Below, piece after piece: positions 1 through 11,386 of a stretch of DNA of 64,000 nucleotides. The DNA lies in assembly GCA_004764695.1 (NCBI GenBank), contig SMSO01000007.1, forward strand, positions 186,001-250,000, given 5' to 3'. Positions within the stretch are counted from its first letter, which is position 1, and every line of letters starts with the position of its first letter. Source of the DNA: Schizochytrium sp. TIO01 (lineage: Eukaryota > Protista > Bigyra: Labyrinthulomycetes). The translations under genes were made by a program, and so were the position numbers. The notes beneath the pieces were generated by a model that did not search any database, was not told the origin of the DNA, and worked only from the letters and a program-made list of their open reading frames with translations.

Positions 1-261
1 GCTGATAGAGCAGCGTTGAGCAACGTGCGTCACTTTCAAACACCGTGACAATATACTTGTACCAAGAGTTAGCTGCACAAGGCCCATAGAACGCGATGGA
101 TTTGCCATTAAAGAGATTTTCCATAGGTTTAAGGAACTCGAACGAGCGGTGGAAAATACTTGTTAACATTTATTTGATTTCAGAAAGCAAAAAGATTATG
201 GAACTCGTCAGTTGCGAGCATGCAAAATGACCTTGGTAGACCGGAAAGCAAGATTCAGGAT

Positions 262-3200
262 TTATCGCAGGTCATTAAGCTGAGAAGACTGCCGTTCGAT
301 AGCAGACATCATCTCCCCGAACTGATCGAGCATATTACCATGCACAGCAGCCATGCGCGACCCCCGCGCTGACTTGGGTGTGTCGCGGCGCCACCCTCGA
401 GAGGATTGGCTAGTCGGCGTCACAGGCCTTCGAGAGTTGCCGTTTGTAGAGTAAGATAAACCAGATCCCATTAGTGTCGCCGATGCAAGCCCAGACCCAG
501 CAGGAGTAGACTCCAAAAAGCGGCGATGCAGCGTCTCCATATCATCTCCGAGACGTTGGAGCTCTTGGGCAAGACGGTGATTTGCATGCAAGAGATCTCG
601 CACCTCATAAGAAGAAGAGCCGTGCCGAGATAGCAGAACCTGAGTTTTTTCAACAAGAGTCGATACGCCCCGAAGAAGAGATGCAAAAGCCTCCTCGCCG
701 AGGCGTAAAGCTTGGACGTCCCCGTCTCGCAAGCCACCCTCGGCCATTATATTGCTTGACATTTGACTTCGATGCTGAGAAGCTGAGTTTGATGAACGAA
801 TAGCACGCTCAGTATCTTCAACCTGGCGCCAAAGCGTCTGCTCAAAGTCATCATTTCCATTGCCTTCGCCCCGGCTAGATGAATGGCGAGTGCGAGAGTC
901 CTTTCCATTTCGGTATGACATACCTGAGCTTGCATTATTGCCATGCAAAGCACGATCTAGACGGGCCTTGGACTCGCGTAGTTGACTGTCCCGAGATTCT
1001 AACTTACGCAAAGTACTCTCAAGCTTACGTTCAAGCGTCGATACTGTCTGCTTCTTGGTATGCAGATCGTCTCGTAGGTTGCGCAACTGTTGTTTAAGTG
1101 CTGCTTGGGACTCGTTAAGATCCTGGATGCGCTGCCCTCGGTCTTCAAGTTCCAAAGAAAGTACACGATTGTTTTCCTTGAATTGACCAAGATCGCCATA
1201 AAGTTCTTCAAGACGAGAATCAATGCGTCCCTTTTCATCACGAAGTGCATCAAGCTCTGCGCGGACTTGTCGAACCTCTCCTTCTAGATGAGCGGAGCGC
1301 TCACGCGCAGAACTCAGCTGTTCGTGCAAACGCTCTTTTTCGTCTTGAGAACGTTGCACTCGTGCCTCGAGAATGCGAATACGGTCTTCATTTTGTTGGC
1401 GCTCCTGTCGCAGGTCACCCAAAAGTTCGTTATATCGCTTCTCCATTGACAAAGCCTGACCTTTAAGATGTACATTGCTATTTTTAGATAAGGTCTCCAT
1501 ACCATGCATGAAAGCAGCAAGTTTGCCTTCGGCATTGGAGAGTTGTACCTCGGTACGCTCAAGTTGTCCCACAATTTGTTTGAGCTTGTTTTGCCATTTT
1601 CGCTCCATCTCGATTCCGCTCTTTGCGAAAGCATTTTTGAGTTCTTGTAAATCTTCGAGGCGCATAAGGACCTCATTGGAGTTGTAATTACTCTGATTAT
1701 GGTTCTGTGCTCCGAATGAGCCACTCCGCGGCTGCCGCATGGAACCGGAGCGGCTTCGTGACTGTCCCATTTGTTGATTATGCTCTTGTTGCTGTTGATA
1801 TTGATGTTGGGGAATTACACTCGGATGTTGATGCGAAGAGAAGCTTGTGTCCAACATGCTTCGGTTGTTACTAACGTTCAAGTGGGGTCCATTAGTCTGG
1901 CCATTGCCACTGTGAAAGTTCTCATCAAGCCATCTGCGGGGCTCAGGTCGCTCAGCGGTAGGGCGCATTCCATGGCGTAAACGTGATGACGATGAATGCA
2001 TTCCTTCATTACCCACCTCCTCGATACCGACTTCATCCGCATAAGGTGAAGTAGACGAACTGTAGGAGGCTTGATCAGGAATTGCATTTGACAGCAGACT
2101 TTGGTGTTGTTGTAATTGTTGCTGATGCTGTAGACTCGAAGGCAGGAGATCATCCAGCTTTCCCATGATTTGTCCTTCCCATGAACGCATATGACGACGG
2201 AGCTCCTTTTCGCGTTCTACACTATTCGCCAAGGCCTCACGAAGTTGTGTCTCCTTCTCTTTGCGAGATTCGATCTCTGCAGCAAGCTTAGCCTGTGCCT
2301 CTTTGAGCTGCATATGGGTGGAGGAGTCTTCCTTCTGGAGCTGCGCCTCCATAGCCTCCAGCCGCTCACGATCTGTATCTGCGCGTTGATATGCTTCATC
2401 ACGTGCAAACTCTAAGGCAGATAATTTGCCACGAAGCTCTGCAAGTTCAGATTTGAGAGCAATCTCGCGCTCTGTGAGTTCACGGCGCATTTCTTGTTGC
2501 TTTAATTCCCCTTGCTGTCGAAGACTGTGCTCCTTTGTAGAGTAAGTGTCCCGCATGCGTTGATTTTCTCTCTCCAGGCGCTGTATTTTAGCCTGCATGT
2601 CTTCCTGTATACCATGAGACTCCTCGAGCTTCTTCTCCAGATCCTCAGCCTTGCGCTCTGCAATGGCTGCAGCTCTTTCGCTCTGGTCTCTTTCCTGCTC
2701 ACATTGTTTAAGTAATTGTGTGAGCTTAGTAACACGTCCTTCTTCCGTGCGAGCAGATTCTTGGAGCTTAGTCATAAGTTCTGCCTCGCGGCTGCGCTGA
2801 TCGCCTAGAGATCGAGCATTCTCAATAAGTTTTGCCCGTAAACTCTCAACTTCATGTGCAAGTTTGTTGTTTTCTGCGCGCGATTCCTCGAGTGCAGCTT
2901 CACGTTGCTTCAAAGTATTTCCCTTAATATCCAGGTCTTCACGCAGGTCAAGGTTCTCTTTGTCAAGCTTAACAGCCCGTTTCTTTTCAGACTCCAGCTC
3001 CCTGATCTGTTCGTTGAGTGTAAGAATATCCTCGAGTCTCTTGCGATCTCTTCCATCGAGCTCGCGAACCTTATGTTTAAGCGAGTCCACTTCGATTTCC
3101 CTTTCTCTGAGTGCCTCAACTGCAGCTTGATTATTGCGTGCTTCTTCAAGTTCTGCTCTGCACAGCGCAAGGTCTGTATGGAGTCCCTCGATGGCATTTC

Positions 3201-3468
3201 GAGCCTTCACCAGAAGTAAATTCCTCTCATCTAGTTCTTGTTGCTTTTCCTCAAGCAATACCTTGTGCTCCAGGATCTCTTGCTCTAAGGATTCATCGCT
3301 TTCTCCCCCGTTGCGAAGTTTTGCAACTCTTTCTTCAAGATAGAAAATCCGCAGTTTCAGGTTAAAGTTCTCTTTGCTCAGCTTTTCTACCTCGCCTCTA
3401 GGTGCTCCATGACCACCGCTCCCGCCAGGACCGGGGCCAAACCCACTGTTTTGGGAGCGAAGATCCAT
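262..3468 (-). CDS. Long coiled-coil protein with N-terminal CM1/Cnn_1N (centrosomin motif 1, gamma-tubulin complex binding); CDK5RAP2/Mto1/myomegalin-like MTOC protein
   Basis: N-terminal VEKLSKENFNLKLRIFYLEER matches the CM1 consensus (LxKENFxLKLRIxFLEE). Two long heptad-rich regions are separated by a Q/S/N-rich linker. First in-frame ATG is at 3468 (the ORF track starts at an upstream TTG, 3513). Confidence 0.8.
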   Translation of the reverse strand: MDLRSQNSGFGPGPGGSGGHGAPRGEVEKLSKENFNLKLRIFYLEERVAKLRNGGESDESLEQEILEHKVLLEEKQQELDERNLLLVKARNAIEGLHTDLALCRAELEEARNNQAAVEALREREIEVDSLKHKVRELDGRDRKRLEDILTLNEQIRELESEKKRAVKLDKENLDLREDLDIKGNTLKQREAALEESRAENNKLAHEVESLRAKLIENARSLGDQRSREAELMTKLQESARTEEGRVTKLTQLLKQCEQERDQSERAAAIAERKAEDLEKKLEESHGIQEDMQAKIQRLERENQRMRDTYSTKEHSLRQQGELKQQEMRRELTEREIALKSELAELRGKLSALEFARDEAYQRADTDRERLEAMEAQLQKEDSSTHMQLKEAQAKLAAEIESRKEKETQLREALANSVEREKELRRHMRSWEGQIMGKLDDLLPSSLQHQQQLQQHQSLLSNAIPDQASYSSSTSPYADEVGIEEVGNEGMHSSSSRLRHGMRPTAERPEPRRWLDENFHSGNGQTNGPHLNVSNNRSMLDTSFSSHQHPSVIPQHQYQQQQEHNQQMGQSRSRSGSMRQPRSGSFGAQNHNQSNYNSNEVLMRLEDLQELKNAFAKSGIEMERKWQNKLKQIVGQLERTEVQLSNAEGKLAAFMHGMETLSKNSNVHLKGQALSMEKRYNELLGDLRQERQQNEDRIRILEARVQRSQDEKERLHEQLSSARERSAHLEGEVRQVRAELDALRDEKGRIDSRLEELYGDLGQFKENNRVLSLELEDRGQRIQDLNESQAALKQQLRNLRDDLHTKKQTVSTLERKLESTLRKLESRDSQLRESKARLDRALHGNNASSGMSYRNGKDSRTRHSSSRGEGNGNDDFEQTLWRQVEDTERAIRSSNSASQHRSQMSSNIMAEGGLRDGDVQALRLGEEAFASLLRGVSTLVEKTQVLLSRHGSSSYEVRDLLHANHRLAQELQRLGDDMETLHRRFLESTPAGSGLASATLMGSGLSYSTNGNSRRPVTPTSQSSRGWRRDTPKSARGSRMAAVHGNMLDQFGEMMSAIERQSSQLNDLR

Positions 3469-5956
3469 GCCGCGAGGTCTTCTAGCCAACCTCGCCAAGC
3501 ACTTGCCTCGCAAGGCCGCAGCGGCGCTGGCCGAGCAGACCTCGAGTAAACGAGCTCAAGTTCTGCTCAACGGGACTCAAGTCCCGTTCACTTCGCATTA
3601 TCGACTTGTCTCTAGTCTTTACTATCGGTTATAAACCTTCACAGTGGGGTTTTCTCCATTCTGCACTTTATACCCCTATAGGCTATACTGTTTGCTCTAC
3701 TGTACAGGTCTGCACAAGTCAATCAATCAATCCTTCATCTTCTTCGTGATTTGCGACCGGAATGCTTCAAGGGCTGCGTAGAAAGCCTCAAGGATGACGT
3801 CCTGAGGCCACCTTCGAGTCTTGGGCTGCGGGCCACGGCGACATGGACGTGCAAGAGCACAGGTTTTCTATAGGGAGGACTTGTCGTCAAAATTAAATAG
3901 AAGTACATCAGAAATGTAGTACTAGATAGGTAAGCTTAGGTATTGCAAAGTATCATCCGACGGTTTTTTCTGGGGAAGGACTATTTATTATGGAGTATGC
4001 TATATATGTACTCTATTCACGGGCGACTACAATCAGTGAACTCAAGAGCAACACAGAAGAAGTCCATGAAGGCCAGGGCGTCAATCTGAGCAAGCTTTTA
4101 GCGTAGTATAATTATAAACCACTGATACGACGCAGTTGGGCCATTGGCCATGCTGAGGCTGCTATGATAACCTCGTAGATTACACTTTGCATGGAAATGG
4201 CCAAATAAATATCAAGGCCCACGGTGACTTAGTGCGGCTTAAGCAGGAAACAGTGAGTTGCTTATAGTGCTCAAAGCTTTATGTTTATGAATGAATGTCT
4301 CACTGTCGAGATTCCTTACTCGCAAAAATCTCGCATGGTGGTTTTTTGTCAGCGTTACGCCGTACATTTTCATAGTATACCAGGACCTATCCTGCATGAT
4401 AATGTAACTTGCTCGTGCTGTCACTACGTTCGTTCGATCGTCATAGTTATCATCGCTGCTCTATGTCAGATGATAGAGCATGCCTTTCGACTTTTGCCTC
4501 TTCACTCAGTACTATTATTCGTTTTGTACAACTGCCGTAGTGCTAAATTGCAGCGTGCAAAGGCTCTGTTAGTAGTTAAATATCACATGCTAACACTGCT
4601 CGCTTCCATTGGACACAGAAGATGGTACACACTGTCTCTGTTGACCCAAGCTCTGACCCTTGCGTTGCCGCCAGATGCTTTACCCTTCGAAAACGCAAAG
4701 CCACTCATGTCTGGCCATGCCATTGTTGGCTTGGCGGCTTTGAGCTCGTGAGGAAATACTAGCGAGGACCCCAGCTATTGTCACGTTGGGAACTAGAGTC
4801 TGCTGGTTCCTTGCTTTTCCCAGTTTAGTAGGGAGGGAAGCAAGGAAGGACACAAGGAACTTACTTGAACTATGGATGAGGTTGGACAAACTCTGCACAA
4901 CCCATTTCCAACAACCCATTGTGCGCTTGCTTTCTCTCAGGATTTCATTGATGCTTTGCCGCTCATTTAATTATAAATGCTCATTGAGTCTGTCGAAGTG
5001 AAGGCAATTATTGCACCTTACATTTACAACTCGCCAAATTAATGATTGAACAGTCAAATAGTATCAACTTGCAAAAGACGAAATACAAGACACCCTTGCA
5101 AACGGAATATTTATAGAACAAAACTTCAAATTAACTTTAGGTATTGATACCACATGGATGTAGTTAAAGAAATAAATTTTAAAACAGAGACGATGGGACA
5201 GGCCTTGCATTCAAGATTTTGAGAATCAAGCCTTCGCTTACTTTTATCATTCAATGATGCAACCTATTGCTCAGTATGAGCTCGTATTTAGACCGTCGAA
5301 TCAAGAAATCCAAGTGCATATGAACTCAAAACAGCCTTGACTAGGACTTCTGTGAGATTTAATTATCAAAGGTGAATGAGAGGGCCCCCAAATCCTCTCA
5401 CTCACTGGATTAAAGCATGACCCGAGTTGACAGTAGTCGCTTTGATAGAAGACACCACCATTCTCAGCATCTGGCTGGCTGCTCACCTTCGCGTGCGAGC
5501 ACTTGAGTTCATTGCCCTTGATCCCTTTTACTATCTCAGTATAGTGTCAATCAACCTTACCAGTTACTATGGTGTATGAACTCCAGCGCTTGCAAATCCT
5601 CCATACCATACTACTCCTCAGGCCTGTAGGCAGGCACCTACCTACTATGGCTCAGGTGTGCGAAATCGTTGAGAGGTCATTGCTTCTACCTAACCTTCAA
5701 GCTCAAGACGATCCCGTTTCCAGAGATCTTCCGTGCCTTCACCTGCACAGGCACGATAACGACCACCGCACTGATTCCCTCCGTCTTCGTCGCATTTGTC
5801 CATTCATTCCTCATCTCTTCAACTCGCGCCATTTCCTTTCCTCGCTAATTCTTCGTCGCAGTTTCTGTCCCTCATTATCCCTCTCTCCATAAGTCCCTCA
5901 ATCTCTTCTTCTTAGCAGCTCTTCATTCTTCTCCTATCAATCTTACATATCTTTCC

Positions 5957-6087
5957 ATTGTTATATTTACTTTTACTTATTCCCTTTACATTATTGTTAT
6001 ATTTACTTATTCTCTTTACATTATTGTTATATTCACTTATCCCTTTACATTATTGTTATACTTATTTATTCCCTTTATATTATTATA
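5957..6087. repeat. AT-rich minisatellite, ~30-bp unit (TTATTCCCTTTACATTATTGTTATATTTAC) x ~4
   Basis: Slightly diverged tandem copies read directly, ~300 bp upstream of the RPS8 start. Confidence 0.85.
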
Positions 6088-6390
6088 GGCGCTCTTCCAG
6101 CCGCCACCACTCTCGCGGGTTCACCGTCGACACCCTGGCGGGGGTCCCTGTCCCATATTTGAGTACCGCATTGGGTGGAGGAGAGTGCGCGGTTAGGGTA
6201 GGCAAAACTTCGGCGCAAGTGGTAGGTGTGCGGGTATATGGTTACTAGTGGTAATGGAGGGAACAAGAGGCAAACTTGGGCGCGCACGGGTGGTGGTGGC
6301 AGAGTGGAGAGGCGAGGAGAGCAGCAGAGGCAATCAATCGAGAATCGACTAGACGCAGCGGAGCGGGAGTCGAGCGTACGGGCAGGCAGG

Positions 6391-7619
6391 ATGGGTCTCT
6401 CTCGCGATGGCATGCACAAGCGCCGCCACACCGGTGGCAAGCGCGCCCTTGGCAACAAGAAGAGGAAGTACCTCAACTCGCGCCCGGCCGCCATGACCAA
6501 GCTTGGCGCCAAGCGCATCCACCTCGTGCGCTGCCGTGGTGGCAACCTCAAGCACCGCGCTATGAGGCTCGATACCGGCAACTTCTCCTGGGCCACTGAG
6601 GGCATCACCCGCAAGGCTCGTATCCTTGACGTGACGTAAGTACTTTCACGAGGCACCGTCGCCAAGACGGTTTTCAAATCCGGGCTCCACCTTTTCATGT
6701 TCTTCAACTATATATAACTTCTCTGTAGCTATTCTTCGGGATTCAATTGTTCTCGTGGCTTCTTTTTGCGATCGTGCAATCTAATTTCTGTAGACTTTCG
6801 TGGACGTCTGAGCATTTTCACAATCTCAGAGGAGGGCCTGATGATGGAGGTTTCAACTTTCTTTGTTACTCCTGTGCATATTATGCATTTTGAATAATGA
6901 AGGGCTTTGGGATAATCGTTGCTCGTCAATGAATTCGAAGGAAATTGTATGCAATTGTCTATTTGTGGAGGATACGATGGCTGATCTCGCGGTGACCGAC
7001 TGTGAAGATTAGAGAGTGATATTATTTTTGAAGAACTCAGACTTGGTGGATTTTAGGGCTCTGAGGATTTGACTGCAAAGGAGCACGTCTACACTATTTC
7101 AATCAATCGCTACGCTTTTGTATTGGCAATGACGTGAAACTTAGCAGGGGAATTGTCAAATATGATGATGGAACTGTGACAACTAACTAACATTGGGTAT
7201 TGTTTGAACCTTTTGACTTCATTTACAGCTACAACGCCACCAACAACGAGCTTCTCCGCACCAAGACCCTTGTGAAGAACTGTATCGTCCAGATCGATGC
7301 TTCCGCCTTCCGTCAGGCTTACGAGAAGCACTACGGTGTTGAGGTCGGCACCAAGCGCCCCGCCAAGAAGAAGGACGAGGCCGAGGCTGAGGAGGACAAG
7401 CCCAAGTCCCAGAAGGCCCTCGACCGCCTTGCTGAGCGCCAGAAGACCCGCGAGCTTGACTCTGCCCTCGAGGACCAGTTCAACTCTGGCCGTCTCTACG
7501 CCTGTGTTAGCTCCCGCCCCGGCCAGAGTGGCCGCTGCGATGGCTACATCCTCGAAGGTGAGGAGCTCAAATTCTACAAGCGTATGATGGACAAGAAGAA
7601 GGGCAAGAAGAAGGAGTAA
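6391..7619 (+). CDS. RPS8: 40S ribosomal protein S8 (eS8), two exons: join(6391..6635,7229..7619)
   Basis: [18 protein letters not shown]...[21 protein letters not shown] and [23 protein letters not shown] are diagnostic eS8 motifs. Splicing AC^C restores [13 protein letters not shown]. Strong codon bias. Confidence 0.98.
6636..7228 (+). other. Spliceosomal intron of RPS8 (593 nt, phase 2)
   Basis: Donor GTAAGT at 6636, branch-point-like CTAAC (aactaactaac) at ~7181-7191, acceptor TTTACAG ending 7228; reading frame restored on splicing. Confidence 0.95.
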
Positions 7620-10600
7620 ATCTGTTCTACTGCCTGATCGACTACTATCACTACATCTTCCCCTTTATTCTACAAGTACTCAACCCCTCTTATTGCGACT
7701 TGTTCTTTTATTCTGATATGTTGCTCTTGCTTCCATCCTCGCATCTTGACTTGGTTTTCATTACCCCTTGCTGATTTTGCAAGACTTCCGGTTGATGAGC
7801 AATTTCAATTCTAGCCTTGCATTAAATAATCTCTTGTCATCTCCTGTCGTGTCTTTCCTACTTCCCAGGAGGCGCATGGATGACAGTGGTAGTTAAGCAA
7901 GGAATAAGTTAAGGAATGCCGATTCGGCCGAGAATGGAAGAAGGAAGCTCAGTAGTTCTAAATCAATAAGTACCTTTACAATCCTGTGGTTAGATGAAGA
8001 TTTATGTCTCTACTTATTAGTATTAAGGTTCAATAGTAAAAGCCTATGAATGGGTTTTGTAGACGCATAGCAATGCAGTAATGCTGGCCTTGCAAGCTTA
8101 CTAAGTTGAACAGGTTAGACCAAAATGCAAACAATGGGTTTATTTGATAGAGGTACAGAGAAATGACGATTTCGACCCTCAGTTGCATGCCTGGGTTTGA
8201 AGTATCACGCTTCAGAATGAGATTGGGCCTACTTGATAGAAGAACAGCAAAAGCGCTTCATTAAACAAACTCTGATGGAGTTCTAGCTTGCCATCTCCAA
8301 AATAAGATCTACTTGGGGTTGCTTACTCTTGAATTGTTGTGTGGACTGAAGTGAACTTTGAAACCACACATACCGACTGTATCATGAGGTGTTTTGTGTC
8401 ATACGTGGTGTCCCCTCAACGCTCGAGGCTTCCTTCGCTTGAGACATCAGTTACTTCTTTCCAAACACTTATAAACTTTAAGAAAAACCTTCTTTCTTAT
8501 ATGCATTGCTACATGTTTTGAGACCTCAAGTGATTACGAATGTTTCTCTCTAAAAATACGAATATAAAGCTTACCTGGACAGTGACAAGGACAGATACGA
8601 TTGTTCAACCCTAAAACCGATGTACTATGAATACATCCAATGCTTTCACAGCATAACATTTCATTAGTAGTAGCCCTACCTCAATATCGGTCTGGAAACT
8701 TTTCTTTCTTTACAAACGAAACTTGACCATTCACGCAGGTTGTAGCAAACTGCATGCTCTCCTTTAGAAATCAGGTAGCATTCTTTCATCCCAAAGCATC
8801 TGTAAGAATATTTGTCTCTTCGTTAGGACGCGGCCAAAACATTCTATCCCTGTCAATTCTACCAATGCTGTTTTAATATACACTTTAGCACAGTTCAACA
8901 ATGTGGATCTCTTGCCTTCCTCTGCTGCTACTACTGCTGCTACTGCATCCTGGTTTTCAAATTAATGAGAATATTATTGTCACTCGTTCGACCCAAGCTA
9001 CAAACCGTTCTTGTTTCCTAGTACTTGCTTTAAACTCCAATCGAGTCGCCACACAAGAAATGTATGTGTCTACGCCTTGTTTAGGATGCGCAAGATCTTT
9101 AAAAATGACAATGACAGTAGATAGCACACACCGAATACCTGCTCAATATCTTGTAGCTGCCCTTCGAGTTTGCGTCGCTTTCGTTCCCATCGTTCTTCAC
9201 CTCAACCCAGCTAAATGAGTTCCCACGACATTCAGGTTCTTTCGTGTCCACTCACTTACTTTCTCAGCCAAACTTTTCCCAATGCTGATTCATTAATTTC
9301 TCGACCCGAATTCAAGTCTCTTAGTCTTGAACTCCACGCTATCATTAGCTCCTTTGCCAGATTTATAACTCGCAAAATACATTGCTGCTTTGTCTCTAAT
9401 CATTTCGTCTCCAGTTGGATTCATAAATCAGCATCTATGCTTTTGTTGTTTCTTCTCATTCAATCCAGTCAGCAATGTCCAGCTACAATGTCCTAAAATT
9501 GAGGCCTATTCAAGGCCATATATGCGCCTGTACTATGTCCTAAAATGTGAGCGTATTATATTTGCATCACACCAGCACTACTAGTGTTCACTATTGCTTC
9601 TTGTACCAAGACTGCATCGCCGTCATTTAGGATTGCCTCAACGGAAGGACTTCAGGTCTGAAGAAGTCAGGGAAAAGGCATCTTAAGACGAGGTAGCTCA
9701 CTCAACTTTGGAGATTTTTCTTGCAACATGATAGAAGGGGGAGCTAGAAAGACGACAATGAAGACTGATGAGACTTTCTGAAGTGGAACGAGCCCTTAGC
9801 TTAGGAATCCTTAGAACCGATGGCTGTTAGCTCCTTGGTAGGACCCTCTTAATGGTTCATTTTTTTTATTTTCACTTGGAGGCATGGATGGGACACCTCT
9901 CTACTGTGGCATATTACCTTTCTATAATGAATCAAAGTACTCAACAATTTTGTACGGTACGAGCAGCTTCCTCCTTTCTCAAGAGGTGTCTCTCTCTCGA
10001 ACGAGGCCTGTCATTGGCACAATCAGCGGTGCTTAGGCCTTGCGTGGAGCTCACACCTTGCACCATTATTATAAACCCAAGGCCGAGCGTATTCGAGCAT
10101 CCACGTTTCCACTTCCCCCGCTGTCGTGAGAGCGCGAAGTGATCGCAACGATCATCACCAAATAATTAATTATGCTTTGTTTGTTTGTTTCATTATTTTC
10201 TTTCTTTCTTCTTCCTTTCAATTGTTCAAGTTGACAATAAAATAAAAAGAAGTGTTGATCTCAAGTTAAATACTAGCGCCCTCCTATGCCTAACTCTATG
10301 GTGGCAAATCAATGAAAGAAGGAAATGAAAGGAAACGAAAGGGATAGAATAGAATTAGTCATTGACTTATTTATTATGTACGCTAGAATCATTGAATAAG
10401 TTTTATACTTACTCATTCAAGCTTTATCATTTGCTTCTGCTGCGTCTTCATCTTCTTCTCCGTAATCCTAGTTTCCATCTGCGGCGGGAGCGCTCTCTGC
10501 TCAGGTGCCGCGCCAGGTGCAGCGCAGCCCCCCAGCGGAAGGTCCAAGAGGCACTCCAGGCAACCAGCTTTGCGCCGGCCTCTGGACATCCAAGTCTGGA

Positions 10601-11386
10601 GCAGGCTGCGTCATTGGCAATTCGGAGCGAGCCTTTGAAACTTTCCACAGCAGCGGGAAAGACAAGCGCACCAGCCAGCGAGACGGCGAGACTTTCCTCA
10701 CGCGTGGAGCATACGTGGTCCAGGAAAGCTTTGCCAGTCGCCCCTGTACCAAGGCCACGGCTTTCACGCGGCGAGTGACTCAAGCGCCTTATTAAGAAGG
10801 TCGAAAGAAAAAAAAGAAGAAAAACCAACAAACAAACAAACAAAGCAAATAATCGTCCGGATAGGTCGCCAGAACCCCAAAGCCGCAGAGGACATCCTTT
10901 TCGCTGGCAGGAAAGGGAGAAGTACATACTTAGTTTTGCTTGGTGTGTTATTTCAAGAATACTTGAATACAGGTCTCGATAATCGCCGAGTTCTTTGAAG
11001 AAAGTCTCCAAGTAAGGCGCTCTCGGAGCTCTTTGTTTTTAATAGGTGGTGGAACCTCCGGTGAAGTAGGTATTTGTTGTGACGACTGTGTAGAGAGCCT
11101 TGAAGTGGATTGGTGGGTACGCTGCACTTCAGTAGGAGTTTAGATCACGTGGCCGGCTAGGTTTGTCTGTAGTTTTCTATTTCCAGCCGTCTTTGATTGG
11201 CAAGATTAGGTTTGTGGCCTGGTTGGCCATTTTGCTGTTGACCTGAAAACTCAGAACTTCAGTTTCAAGCGCTAGGACCAATATTTCTGTGCCTTAAAAG
11301 AGTACGATATAGTTGGTTCACTTGCTGTTCTTAAAGGCACTTCCGGGTTGGGCTTGTGGTGGACTTCGTTTTAAAACGCCAGGACC

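Noticed and set aside
3569-3588. 9-bp inverted repeat AACGGGACT-ca-AGTCCCGTT upstream of the CM1 gene
   Set aside because: Real but short and isolated; no function can be supported, and it is not a bacterial-type terminator in this eukaryotic context.
6075-6707. 210-aa minus-strand ORF
   Set aside because: Antisense shadow of the GC-biased RPS8 exon 1.
6800-7170. Intron-encoded C/D snoRNA in the RPS8 intron (TGATGA at 6839, CTGA at 6981 and 7061, ATGATGA at ~7162)
   Set aside because: Box spacing is long, there is no convincing terminal stem, and I could not identify an rRNA-complementary guide. A snoscan/Infernal run would settle it.
10362-11011. ORFs of 88-187 aa upstream of SIZ1
   Set aside because: Non-ATG starts, no motifs, and they span GC-rich and poly-A promoter/UTR-like sequence.
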